A DNA stretch of 64,000 nt from the human T2T-CHM13v2.0 reference genome, Homo sapiens (GCF_009914755.1 NC_060930.1); one strand, 5' to 3'; shown: positions 11,660-25,829, counted from the stretch's first letter. Notes: a model not told the origin generated them from the letters alone. Translations and numbers: made by a program.

Positions 11660-11902
11660 ACTGCTTCAAAAACTTTCATGTGTGCGCGAATCCTCTGGGC
11701 ATCTTGTAAAAATGCAGGTTCTGAATCAGGAGGTCTGGGTGGGGGGGTGCCTGAGATCCTGCATTTCTAACCAGTTCCCAGTTAAGATGGGCTGACAACT
11801 GACCCCACCTGCAGGATTGTGAGAATTAAATGAAATGAGACATATCCTGGGCAGTGTATGCTGATACTGTAGGAGCACAGAACACGTTTTGAGTAGGAAA
11901 GG
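11660..11902. mobile_element. MER5A-like hAT MITE interrupted by a MIR-like piece
   Basis: AAAATGCAGGTTCTGAATCAGGAGGTCTGGG...TGCATTTCTAACCAGTTCCCAG / ATGCTGATACTG...TTTGAGTAGGAAAGG. Confidence 0.65.
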
Positions 11903-11986
11903 TCTCCAGTGTCAGCTCAGCGGCTGGCTTGTGTGTGTCCCCATCTACCTCATCCAGAGATTATGGCAAATGAGCAGGGCCAGTAG

Positions 11987-12366
<380 letters not shown>

Positions 12367-12369
12367 TGT

Positions 12370-12870
12370 TTTTTATCTTTTAAAAATATTTTAATTTTAC
12401 TACTTAAAAAATACAGATTATACACATTCTAAAGTCAAACAATATAAAAAATATATACAATGAAAGTCTCCGCCCGACTCTATCCCCTAGTTCCCCTTCC
12501 TGAAGGCAATCCTTGCTTCTTGTGAGGCCTTCCAGAGGTGGTCTTCGCCTAGCAAACCAATAACATATAATAGGATTGTTTCCTCATTTATGCAAGAAGC
12601 AGTGGTATACTCTACACATTTTTCTGCACTTTGCTTTTTTTTTTTTAACTAACTGCAAATGCTGGAGACTGAGGTGTCCCTGTACTTGAGAGCTTCCTCA
12701 TCCTCCTGCCCAGCTGCATTGCGTCCCACTGTGCAGATGCACCGGAATTTCTTCAACCAGTCTTCTGCTGAGAGACACTTAGATTGTTTTCAGTTGTCAG
12801 CAGCTGCAAATGAGGCTGCAGTGAATAGCCTGGTACAGCCTGCCTGTGTGTGAATGTATCTGCAGTTAAT
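12370..12870 (-). mobile_element. Old L1 (L1M-type) 3' fragment
   Basis: AGACACTTAGATTGTTTTCAGTT...GCTGCAGTGAATAGCCTGGTACA resembles antisense L1M 3' region. Confidence 0.55.
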
Positions 12871-14156
12871 CCCATTTTTAAACATGAGAAAACCAAGGCC
12901 CTAGAAAACCTTTCTAACTTAAATAACTTGCTTGAAGGTCATATCGCAAATGCTAGTTCGAGTGACCAAGCCAGGATTCAGATGCAGGTGTAACAAAGGC
13001 TGGCGCTTCTGCGTCTAACCACCACGCTCTGCTGTCGCCTATTAAGGCTTCAATCCAGAGGGTTCAAGACTATGGTGGAATTTCTGGCATCGTGGAGGAC
13101 ACAGCCAGAGAAGCTTCCTGACCACCCCTCTCTGCTGGCTCCTGAGTCCTGGTGTGTCCTGAGGGCTGGGACTGGAAGAAGCAGAGGTCTGGTCTGGCCC
13201 ATCTTGTCACTCTCCTATTCAGCATCACCCCTACCCCCTTCAGCCCCAGAAGGGAGCTGCAGGCAGGAGTTGAACCAGAATGCTCTACCCTCTAGAGCCC
13301 CTGGGGCCTCCAGAGACCCCAGCAAAAGAGCCCCACCCCTGCTCCTGACTGGGGTTGCCTGGCATCTGGAGCAATCCAGGGCCTGGGGGTGGGGTGCAGC
13401 CTGGGAATGATGAAAGCTGATGAGGGAACATGGGTTCACAGCTCACCCCGACACCTGAGCTGACTGAAGTCTTTTAGGAGTGCAGCCCCGGCCCTGGCAT
13501 CTAGCTTTCCATCCTGAAGGGGCCAGAATGTCACATAGACCAGGGCGTGTGCAGGCTTGTATGTCTGGAGTCCTTGGTGAGTGAGGCTGAGAAAGGCAGG
13601 TTTATAGAGAGCTACAGACAGAGAAATGGAGACGGGTGGCCCTGCCAAAGGACTGTCAGAGACCCAGGCATAGAAAAATAGAGATCGACAGATAGGAAGG
13701 CTAAGAAATATAGAAACCAAAACAGAGTCATAGAGAGAAAACAGAGAGAGCCGAGCCTGAGAGCATCAGATGCTTTGGGTGTGTGTTGAGAGCTCACCAG
13801 CCCTGTGTGTGCCGGGTCTCTGGAGTCTGCTAGTCTCGGCTAACATGTCTGATACTCCAGCAGCCGCACAGCACCCTCTCCTGGACGGCATGGGCTTGGC
13901 AAGTGCAGAGCTGTCCACTCACCCTACTTCTGTGCAGGAACCATTTTCTGAGTCTGTGATTTGGAGGCAAATCTTGCCTTTGACCATCATGATGGTTCCT
14001 ATTGGCCTATGACTCCCTGGCCTCCTCCTTCCTAGGTGTCAGGGAGGCCTAGTTCACAGCAGCTGATTCTCTCCAAGGTCTGACTTGGTCTTAGTATTTT
14101 GCCATCCCCCACAGGGCCAGCCTGGGAAGAAGGAAGGGGTGTGGACACACATACCT

Positions 14157-14431
14157 AGGGGCTCCACGTACAGTTGTGCAGGTTGTACACTGCACAAGGA
14201 TACCTCATCTAAGAGGATGTCTTCTGCAGCCAACTGCAGATTAGCAGACTATGATATATCATAGATGGTATATTTATAGTGAGAATTGTCCGGCAGATGG
14301 CAGTCAAATGTCTTGTTCCAACAATATCTAGGTATTATGCCAGTTTGCCAACAGATGTCAGTAAAGTGTTTTGAGGAAGGCTGTCCTTTTCTAATTACTA
14401 CAAACGTACTGTATGGACTAGCAGGGGACTG
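14157..14431. mobile_element. hAT-Tip100 DNA transposon relic (MER91-like)
   Basis: TACAGTTGTGCAGGTTGTACACTGCACAAGG at one end and CTGTATGGACTAGCAGGGG at the other. Confidence 0.5.
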
Positions 14432-15328
14432 AATTGACCTAGCCCTGGGGAAAGTGGTTGAGGCTCAGCTCAGCACAGTTCTGGAAACTCCTCTTGAAAC
14501 CTGCTGGGGAGCTGGAAGCCTCTGTATGAACATCCCAGGGGCAGCCTGGACCCTCAGGTCAGGAGCCCCCAGTTCCCTTTTTTCTGTCAAAAGCATGATA
14601 TTTCTTCCTGCTTCTGGACTGCAAACCTTGGATTTCTCCCTTCTTTTCCCTTTCCCCTCTCCCTGACCCAGTTAGAAACCTCTTCTGTCTCTCCAGTGCA
14701 CCTGGGCAGGCCAGGACCATTTATGATGTTGCTTCCTAACTGGCCTTTGGGCTACAGGTTTGTCCCATTTGGCCCACATCCAGCCTGTCATCCCTTGCAC
14801 ACAAAGAGGTATTTGGCTCTTTCCCAAATACCTCTTTCCACATGACCGCCTCCTCATTGCCAAGGGCATCGAATCCAAATCACATCAGCCCCTTCTAAGG
14901 CAAAGACTGGGGAGTGAGGCTGCAGACTAGGCCTAACCTGAGGAAAGATGTGCTTGTACTCAGTGCTGTCTGGGTTATGGTGAGCTGCCCTGGAAGTGTG
15001 CAAAGGCCTGGCCACCACATGGGAGGCAGCAGAGGAGCTCAAGTGTTTGAGGAATTTAATGGCAACAAAGTTGCCCCACACAGAAGCTCTTGTGCTCTCA
15101 GCCTGTGTCTTAGGTTCTCTTTGCAAATCTCTCTCCACACCGTCTGAAGGAAGTGTGCTTACAGGACTCTGGGGGTAGGATGGAAATAGATGTTCTTCCA
15201 TCTCACCCTTGGGGGCTGAAAACCTGGGGTGGAATCCTTCTTTTGCCCCTTAGGTGCTGTGTGACCTCAGGCAGCTCTCTTGCCCTCTCTGAGCATCCAT
15301 TTCCTCATCTCCTAAATGAGGATGATAG

Positions 15329-15736
<408 letters not shown>

Positions 15737-16070
15737 TAATGAACCTCATATACTCATCCAGTTTTGAAATCTAATTTCCTTTTTTGTTGAATCCATTGTC
15801 AAAAATTGTCATCTCCACGTCACACTGGGTCAACTTAGCTGCTGCTAAAATTCCAGGAGCCATAGGTTCCATTTGCTTGGAGCGAGGCCCAGTTGCAGGG
15901 GCATTTGCTTGGCTCAACAGGATTAGAGAGGTGGCGAACAAGCTCTGCATCCCTGTCTCTCGAATTTGAATTGTCCCTTGGGCACAATCCACCTCCCTCC
16001 CCTCCACAGTGCTGTGCCTGGGACCCGGGCTATGATGAGTCTGAACTGGTTGCCTCCCTCCTCTTGGCAG

Positions 16071-16150
16071 GTGCGGGAGCTGATGGATGCTGAGTTTCCC
16101 CACTCCTTCCTGGTGTCCGGGAAGCAGCGCACCCTGGAGCTGCAAGCCCG
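16071..16150 (+). CDS. FGD2: FGD2 exon 10 (80 nt), PH1
   Basis: VRELMDAEFPHSFLVSGKQRTLELQAR; donor CCG|GTAAAG. Confidence 0.95.
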
Positions 16151-16238
16151 GTAAAGGAGCTGGGGTGGCGGCCCAGGGCCAGGCGGGAAAACTGGGAGGG
16201 GCTGATCTCCTCAACACCTGTGTTCACTTTCCGAGCAG

Positions 16239-16269
16239 GTCCCAGGAGGAAATGATTTCCTGGATGCAG
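16239..16269 (+). CDS. FGD2: FGD2 exon 11 (31-nt small exon), PH1 C-terminal helix (SQEEMISWMQ)
   Basis: 88-nt preceding intron; conserved PH Trp; donor CAG|GTATGG; phases match neighbours. Confidence 0.92.
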
Positions 16270-16404
16270 GTATGGGAACGCTCCGAGGCTTCTGGGAGTC
16301 TTTTTCCTTTCTTTCTTTTTTCTTTTTTTCTTTCTTGGTACTAGACTACCTTGATGAAGCTCCTGGGATTCTCCCTAGCCTATTTGGGCTGAAGGGGAGG
16401 GAGT

Positions 16405-16720
16405 GGTGTATGTATGCATGTGTGTGTGTGTGTGTGTGTGTGCATGTGTGTATGCATGTGTGTGCATCTGTGTGTGCATGTCTGTGTCTGTGTGTTTGTG
16501 TGTGTGTTTGTGTGTATGTGTGCATGCATGTGTGTGCGTGTGTACATGTATGTGTGTATGTGTATATGTGTGTTTGTGTGCATGCATGTGTGCATGTGTT
16601 TGTGTGTATGTGTGTGTTTGTATGCATGTGTATGTACGTGCTTGTGTGTATGTGTCTTTGTGTGTCTGTGTTTGTGTGTGCGTGCGTGTGTGTGTGTGCA
16701 TGCTCCCACACCTGCGTGTG
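16405..16720. repeat. Degenerate (TG)n/(TGCA)n microsatellite, ~300 bp, FGD2 intron 11
   Basis: read directly. Confidence 0.95.
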
Positions 16721-17041
16721 CTCAGCTGCTCCCTGCTCTTCCTAAGGAGCTGCTCTGTGGTAGTTTGGAGACCGATCTGGGTTCCTATCTTGCTGCTTCT
16801 CATTGCCTAGCTGGGCAGTCCAGGGCCAGTCACTTACCCTCTCTGAGCCTCAGTTTTTACATCTGTAACCTGGGGCTGGTAGTTTCTCCTCCGATAAGGC
16901 AGCCCGCGTGTGTGTAGAATCCAGCGCCTGGTACCCAGTGGGCTTTCAGCCCTGTCTGTTGCATGCACGGAAGGATGGACAGAGGAGCAATCCCTCCCTT
17001 CCACACCTCAAGCCCCGACCCTCCCCCTCCCTGCACCCCAG

Positions 17042-17134
17042 GCCTTCCAAGCAGCCATTGACCAAATCGAGAAGCGGAATGAAACCTTCAAGGCTGCGGC
17101 CCAGGGGCCTGAGGGAGACATCCAGGAGCAGGAG
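17042..17134 (+). CDS. FGD2: FGD2 exon 12 (93 nt)
   Basis: AFQAAIDQIEKRNETFK...QEQE; donor GAG|GTAAAT. Confidence 0.93.
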
Positions 17135-17768
17135 GTAAATGAAGGCTTTTTCATCCCTTGCTGGAGCCACCAACCCAAATAGAGCTTGTTCCCTCTCTGT
17201 TCTGCCTATACCAGCTCAGAGGGAGAGGGAGTGTCATCTGCCAGGAGAGACTGAAGGGACCAGGGGAAGCCTTCCCAGCGCATCCCCCGACTCAGGGCCT
17301 GAGCATTCCCCTTTAGCAAAACTTCCTTTGAGAGCCTGTCTGCACAGCTGTCTTGGGGAAGTGTTTCACGTCTCTGCAGCTCCAGCTGCAGGGGGCAGTA
17401 GGGTTTTGGGTTTGAAAGTATCTGAGAAATACAAAGTCTCAGGGAAGATGGAAGGTGAGTGAGGTGGGGGCTGGGGAGGATATCTGTGGTTTGAGTTCAG
17501 ATTTGAGCTGAACTCTGGCTTGCTGAGTGACTGCTGAGTCATTTGACCTCTCTGGGCCTCAGTTTCCTCACTTATACAATAGGAATAATGGTAACTAACG
17601 TATCATAAGGTCTCGATCAGGTCAGTCAGCTTGCTGTAGAAGCCCCAGGGAAGCCCAACACAAAGAATCCCTGCTACAGCAGGTGGGCACAGGGCCCCAG
17701 GCCCTGGGAGGATGGGCGGAAGAAGGTCACCAAGGGCCCATTCCTGCCCAACTCCCCTTAACCCACAG

Positions 17769-17900
17769 CTGCAGTCTGAGGAGCTGGGCCTCCGGGCACC
17801 GCAGTGGGTCCGGGACAAGATGGTGACCATGTGCATGCGCTGCCAGGAGCCCTTCAACGCTCTGACGCGCCGTCGCCACCACTGCCGGGCCTGCGGCTAT
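17769..17900 (+). CDS. FGD2: FGD2 exon 13 (132 nt), FYVE domain N-half (WVRD, CxxC, RRHHCRxCG)
   Basis: [44 protein letters not shown]; donor TAT|GTGAGT. Confidence 0.96.
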
Positions 17901-17924
17901 GTGAGTACTCCTGCCAGCACTCCT

Positions 17925-18290
17925 GCCTCCACCTGCGCCACCCAGGCCTCCACCTGCATCACCCAGGCCTCCACCTTTCCTACCTAGGCCTCCGCTTGAT
18001 CCACCTAGGCCTCCACCTGCCCCACCTCGGCCTCCATCTGTGTCACCTCCACCTGTCCCTCCGAGGCCTCCACCTGTGTCACCCAGGCCTCTATCTTTCC
18101 TACCTAGGCTTCCACTTGATCCACCTAGGCTTCCACTTGATCCACCTAGGCCTCCACCTGCCCCACCTTGGCCTCTACCTGTCCCACCTCGGCCTCCACC
18201 TGCCCCACCTTGGCTTCCACCAGTGTCACCCAGGCCTCTACCTGTCCCACTTAGGCCTCTACCTGCCCTACCTGGGCCTCTACCCACCCA
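17925..18290. repeat. 21-bp C-rich minisatellite (~18 units, consensus GGCCTCCACCTGCCCCACCTA), FGD2 intron 13
   Basis: units read directly, e.g. GGCCTCCACCTGCATCACCCA, GGCTTCCACTTGATCCACCTA. Confidence 0.92.
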
Positions 18291-19473
18291 GCTCAGGTGC
18301 TGCTGTCCCCATCTTGGCCAAATCTGCTGGCTTCAACCAATGCAGCCCAGTGGTGTTGGGCACTAGCTCTGAGCCAGGTGTGTGTATTACTACCTCATCT
18401 GGCCCTCACAGCACACCTCAGGAGGCTGCTGTTTCCCATTTTTTAGATGGGAAAATGAGACCCATTGAGGTTAAATTACTTGCTGAAGGTACCCCTGAAG
18501 CTGATCCTATGAATTTACCTGCATTCTTATCATCATTTTCCACGACCCTGAGACCCAGAGCTAGGAAATGGTCCCCAGTTCTAGTGGAGGGGCATCTAGC
18601 CCCGCACCCCCTCAGGCCTTGCCCCACCACCTCACCAGGCCCATGCCCACTATGCACTCACCCACCCCGTCATCCTCTCTTTACCCGCTTCGGCTAACTG
18701 TCCTCTCTTCTCTGCAAGCCCTCAGCACCCTGGCACCTGATGGATTCTGTTGTTAACTCTGCCTACTGGTTCAGGCCTCAGTCTCCTTAACTCCGCCATG
18801 GGGATCGTGAAACCTACCTCCAGTGTGGCAGTGAGGATTCCACCAAAAAACATTCTTTCCCTTCCCTCTCCTCTTTTTCTTTCCCCCTCCTCCATAACTC
18901 AGGCAGGGCATCCAGTGCGGGTGAGCTACCAGCTTCTTGAGGAGGGTACTGTGTCCACTACAGTTTCTCCTCTTATCAATCCAGGCCCAGTTACCAGAGG
19001 TAGATCTCGCTTTGCTTTTTAAGCACTCCTGTACTTGAGCTGTTCTCTGTTGACATCACAACCCCCTCTGTTTACTCTGCAAACAGAGAAGCCCTTTGCA
19101 ACCTCAGTCTTTGATGACCTCCAGAGGACAGGAGGAGTCTAGCTGGACAGGTTGGGGCCAGTCAGGGAGGTGTCCCCAAAATGTGTTCAACTGCAATCAG
19201 GACAGAGTCAGTTTCTAGGACCTGGGAACACACCTGCCTTCAGATGTCAGTGATGAGTTACATCCCGAAGCCAGGTAGAAAGGATGTGGGGATTGGCTAC
19301 TGTTCCTGGTGATTCACTTCTGTAAATAAGAGTTGAATTGATTCACACTTGTGAGTGAAAGTAGTTCTTTAAAAATTACTTAAAATAGTGAAATACAAAG
19401 AGGCACAAAGAATAACAACACCTGTGTAGCTGCCTTCCAGCTTAAGATAGAAAATATTCTGACAACTAAATTA

Positions 19474-19896
<423 letters not shown>

Positions 19897-21321
19897 TCAA
19901 TAAATTTCCTGAGCGTGACTGTGACACCGTGGATAGGTAGAAGGATGCCCTTGTTCTTAGGAGACCACCAGCTACATATTTAAGGGTGAGGTGTCATGAT
20001 GACTGTAATTTATCCTCAAATGGTTCAGAAAAAAATAAAATACATACATATAGAGAGAGACAGAGAGCAAATGTGGCACAAATGTTAATAATTAGTGAAT
20101 CTAGTGGGTGGTATCATTGTATTATTTGTTCAATTTGTCTGTCGGTAGGAAATTTTTCAAAATTAAACGTTGGTAGAGGAAAAAATATTTACTAATTATA
20201 TTTAAACATTGAAATCGCTCAATAAAAAAAAAATGCTCCTGAGGTAGCTGAAGCCCCCGTGTGGGGCTGTGCCCTGACCGTGGGTTTCTCTTGCCTGTGC
20301 AGATCTTCGTGCCTGCTGAGCCAGTGAGTCATCCTTTCGGTGGTTCGGGTGCCAGTTTCTGTCTCCCCTGCCTGCCAGACGGGAATCCTTGTGAGGGTGG
20401 GGCAGGGCCAGGCCTTCTTCTCCAGGTCCCTGCCAGGCCACACTCTGTGCTGGGCACACAGAGGAGCTCCCTGAAGGCTGGTGCCGCCTGATGAACTACA
20501 CTCCCTCTGCCCCTTTCTCCTGCCCTCCATCTCCACGCCCACATCTGGGCTCCCCATAAAGCCAAGTCTTCCTCGCAGTCACACCTTGCGGCACCCAGTG
20601 TTCCTCTCTGAGTCTTCCCAGGCCCCTTTTACCCAGCCTCCCGGCATGATCCATGTCAGCCTTTGGGGGGTGTCTTCGTGGTGAGCTGAGAGTGGGCCCC
20701 GCTCCACAGAGTACCCATGTAAAAACAACCAGCCTATCATTTTTAGGTGAAAACACACTTGACTCCATGATGGCGCAGAATACAAAGTCTGCCTGAATCT
20801 TAAAGCTAAACTGTGGGACTTGAAAGACACACCCTGTGTGTGGAGGGCCTGTCTGCCAGGTAACAGTGTGGCTCTCAGGGTCAGGAGAGGACAAAAGCTG
20901 GGCCCTGCTTGCCTGGTGGGGTCTTTGGGAGAGTCAGGTGAGATGGCGGAGAGGACAGCATTTGGAAAAGTGAATCAGATGCCAGTGGCCCGTCTGGGGC
21001 AAGCCCCTTGGGTTCACAGCAGCCCTCACTCGGAGGGAACCTGGAGGGGAGAGAAGTTACGGCCCTCGCGGTGGGGGCCGGGTCTTGAACCCTCAGCCTA
21101 AGAGCCCCGAGCCCGAGCTCCCCCATGTGTCGCAGCCTCCAGGCAGTTGGGCCTCACCAGCATGGGGGAGCATCCCCGCTCTGCCTCTATTCCTCCCTCG
21201 AAGCTTTCTTTTCCTCCCCCAGTCCCTGGTTGCTCTCATGCCCCCACCTGCCCACCAAGGCAGGAGCCCAGCCCTCCGGTGCCTGGTCTCAGCCCCATGC
21301 CCCCTTATGTGTCCTCCTCAG

Positions 21322-21468
21322 GTGGTGTGTGCCAGGTGCTCCGACTACCGGGCCGAACTGAAATACGACGACAACAGGCCCAACCGAGTCTGCCTCCACT
21401 GCTACGCATTCCTCACTGGAAATGTGCTGCCTGAGGCCAAGGAGGACAAGAGGCGGGGCATCCTGGAG
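21322..21468 (+). CDS. FGD2: FGD2 exon 14 (147 nt), FYVE C-half (VCARCS...RVCLHC)
   Basis: acceptor cctcctcag; RVC motif; donor GAG|GTGAGG. Confidence 0.96.
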
Positions 21469-21859
21469 GTGAGGGCCACTGTCCCCGCGCTCACCATCCG
21501 TCCTCTGTTCAGGGAATGTGTGCCCGGCAACCATGCTGGGCTGACACTGTCCAGTGCTGAGGAACAAGCCAGCCATGGTCACACCCTCCCCCCTCTCCCT
21601 CTTCCTCTCTCTGCCCACAGACCCCAGGCCTCTCGCCACAGCCCAGGCAGTGTGGAGCCTGTCACCAAATGGAGGCACCCTTTGGCTGCAGGCTGTCGTC
21701 CACATTCTTCTGCACTTCCTCTATGTCCCCATCCGATAGTACGGCCCCTCTGGACAGCTCATGTTCACGTCCCCATGTCCTGCCCCGACAGTCCCAGGGT
21801 GCCAAGAGCTGGTGTCACCGCTTCCATTTTACAGATGGGAACACTGACGCTCCAGGTCA

Positions 21860-22665
<806 letters not shown>

Positions 22666-22958
22666 TCAGGGCCCAATTCTGTTTCCTGGAGCAGCTCCAG
22701 GCACCCTCCCGGCACCTGCCCCTTGTGGGCACACACGCGACAGGTTCAGGCAGGCTGGGGTTTGACTGCAGCTCTGCCACTGGCCAGCTAGCTGTGTGAC
22801 CACAGGCACTTGATGGGACCTCTCTGAGCCTCAAGGACCAAGGACCCCTCCATTCAGTACTGCTGTAAGGATTGGAGATAGTGATTGTCAAGCCCCCAGA
22901 CCAACATCTGGCACTTGCGGCTGCTCTGCTCCCTGACAGTCCCTCCTTCTGGTTTTAG

Positions 22959-23105
22959 AAAGGGTCCTCAGCCACGCCTGACCAGAGCCTGATGTGCAGC
23001 TTCCTGCAGCTCATCGGGGACAAGTGGGGCAAGAGCGGCCCCCGGGGCTGGTGTGTGATCCCTCGGGATGACCCCCTCGTGCTCTATGTCTATGCTGCCC
23101 CTCAG
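22959..23105 (+). CDS. FGD2: FGD2 exon 15 (147 nt), PH2 (not in the supplied ORF track)
   Basis: acceptor ggttttag; KGSSATPDQSLMCSFLQLIGDKWGKSGPRGWCVIPRDDPLVLYVYAAPQ; donor CAG|GTAAGG. Confidence 0.94.
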
Positions 23106-23477
23106 GTAAGGCCACCACCTGCCCGCCCCCCGTCAGGCCCTGGCCTTCCCACAGCGTGTGTGTGAAGGGGGTCAGGGGTGAGTATTGCTAGCTCCATATG
23201 TCAGATAGGGAAACTGAGGCCCAATGAGGATATGGTATCCTGGAGTCTCAAGGTTGGTAGGTTTCAGAATTGTGCCCTGACTCTAGGTCACCACTGCTTT
23301 GCCCTCAGAGGCAGCCAGTTCTTCTGTCCTCTTCCTCGATGGCCTTCACCAGCCCACCCCCAACCCATGGGGGTTTAGGGTGTGAGCTGTGCGTGCGTGG
23401 CTGTTGCCTTCACGATGGCTATCTGGGGCAGTAGGACTGAGAGGGGACAGTGGCCCACTGCTCTCTCCTCCCCCCAG

Positions 23478-23693
23478 GACATGAGGGCTCACACCTCCAT
23501 CCCCCTGCTGGGCTACCAGGTGACTGTTGGGCCCCAGGGGGACCCTCGGGTCTTCCAGCTACAGCAGTCAGGCCAGCTCTACACCTTCAAGGCCGAGACG
23601 GAGGAGCTGAAGGGCCGCTGGGTGAAGGCCATGGAGCGGGCGGCCAGTGGCTGGAGCCCCAGCTGGCCCAACGATGGGGACCTGTCCGACTGA
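23478..23693 (+). CDS. FGD2: FGD2 exon 16 coding part (216 nt incl. TGA), PH2 end
   Basis: DMRAHTSIPLLGYQV...LYTFKAETEELKGRWVKAM...DLSD*; exon lengths sum to 1968 nt = 655 aa + stop. Confidence 0.96.
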   Translation, partial: DMRAHTSIPLLGYQVTVGPQGDPRVFQLQQSGQLYTFKAETEELKGRWVKAMERAASGWSPSWPNDGDLSD

Positions 23694-24143
23694 GCCACTG
23701 CCAGCCGCTCTCCTGCCCACCTCTCCCCACCCTGAACCCAGCTCCTGCCACAGACTGACCCTGTGGCCTCAGTGACCCACTGCCCCAAGTGGTGCTTTCA
23801 GAGAATTGATTCAGCCATCTGCGCCCAGGCCACGTGTCCCGATCTGGGATTAGAAAATATGGGTCCATTCCTTTCTAGAAAGGGGACAACCAAGTGTCTC
23901 AGTTTGCCTTGCGGGGAGGGGGCTCCTGGGCCATGGGACTTCCAGTGCTAAAACTGGGAAAGCCCCAGGTAACCCCGGACTGGTGGTCACCATAGTATGG
24001 TTTTTCATTTGTATCTCCTGGGGAGCTTTTAAAGAGTACTGGTGAAAAACACATAGTAAATTAATTTTAAAAATGTAAAAAACAATGCCTGTACTGAAGT
24101 ACCACCACCGATTTAAATGGGCTGAGTTGGGGGAGGCATGGGG

Positions 24144-24145
<2 letters not shown>

Positions 24146-24186
<41 letters not shown>

Positions 24187-24460
24187 AGACAGAGTCTTAC
24201 TCTGTTTCCCAGGCTGGAGTGCACAAACATGGCTCACTACAGCCTCGCTCTCCCGGGCTCCAGTGATCCTCCCGCCTCAGCCTCCCAAGTAGCTGGGATT
24301 ATAGGTGTGTGCCACTGTGCCAAGCTAATTTTTTTATTTTTTGTAGAGATGGGATTTCACCATGTTACTCAGGCTGGTCTCAAACTCCCAGCCTCAAGCG
24401 ATGCTCCCACCTCCACCTCCCAAAGTGCTGGGATTACAGGCGTGAGCCACCATACCTGGC
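24146..24460 (-). mobile_element. AluJ in the FGD2 3'UTR with a pure T40 tract (24146-24185)
   Basis: rc dimer between the stop codon and the first AATAAA. Confidence 0.9.
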
Positions 24461-24525
24461 GCATGCATATTTTTTAAGAGTACCCACTGGAGTCTAATAT
24501 ATAGCCTGGGTTACCTGGGATGAAG

Positions 24526-24606
24526 AATAAAGAGAGCAAACTACCACAACCAATGGTTGAGCCCCTGTCAAGTGCCAGTCATGATAGTAGTAATAATAAT
24601 AATAAA
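24526..24606 (+). terminator. FGD2: Candidate FGD2 polyadenylation signals (AATAAA at 24526-24531 and 24601-24606)
   Basis: First canonical hexamers downstream of the stop; GT/T-rich sequence follows ~24630-24660. Confidence 0.6.
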
Positions 24607-25189
24607 CATCTATTGGGCCAGGCTCTGTGCAAGGTGTTTTATGTGGATTATGTCATTTTACCATCCAGAGTTATCCCCATTTCCAGATGAAGACACCGAC
24701 TCAGAGAGGTTTAGTAATTGGCTCAATTGGTCATGTAGCTCGTAGATGCCAGAGCCAGGTTTTAACCCGGTGAACTAAGGTCAAAGCTCTTTCTATCATG
24801 GAGCAGAACAATAAGACAAGCAGAGAGGGGAGGAGAGTGAGGAGAAGCAAAAGAGAGGGAAAGAGAGTGAAGAAGCTGGGAAGACAAGAGAGAAAGGTGA
24901 ATGGTGGGAGGAAGGGTGACGGGAGGAGCATCCCTGTCCCCTCATCCCCACCTCGCTGGTGGGTGAGGATGCTTTTTCATAAGAGACCACCAGGGGGTGG
25001 CAGTGGTCAGCAGGCCACATGCAGTGGCCCCAGCAGTGGCCAGAACACCCTCAGCTGCTCTCAGCAGGTCCAGCCATTGCTGGGCTCTGCCCTGAAAGGA
25101 GGAAGCATGGATGAGTCACAGGTTTTTGTCCCATCACAGGCCCAGCAGCTTTGCCTGCCTCCAACCTGAGGCCACTTCCCTCCTGTAGG

Positions 25190-25829
<640 letters not shown>

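Noticed and set aside
17804-18697. 297-aa ORF with HLGLHL repeats (and the Gly-rich and Pro-rich ORFs in other frames)
   Set aside because: Produced by a 21-bp (multiple-of-3) minisatellite; out of frame with FGD2 exon 13, no independent gene signals.
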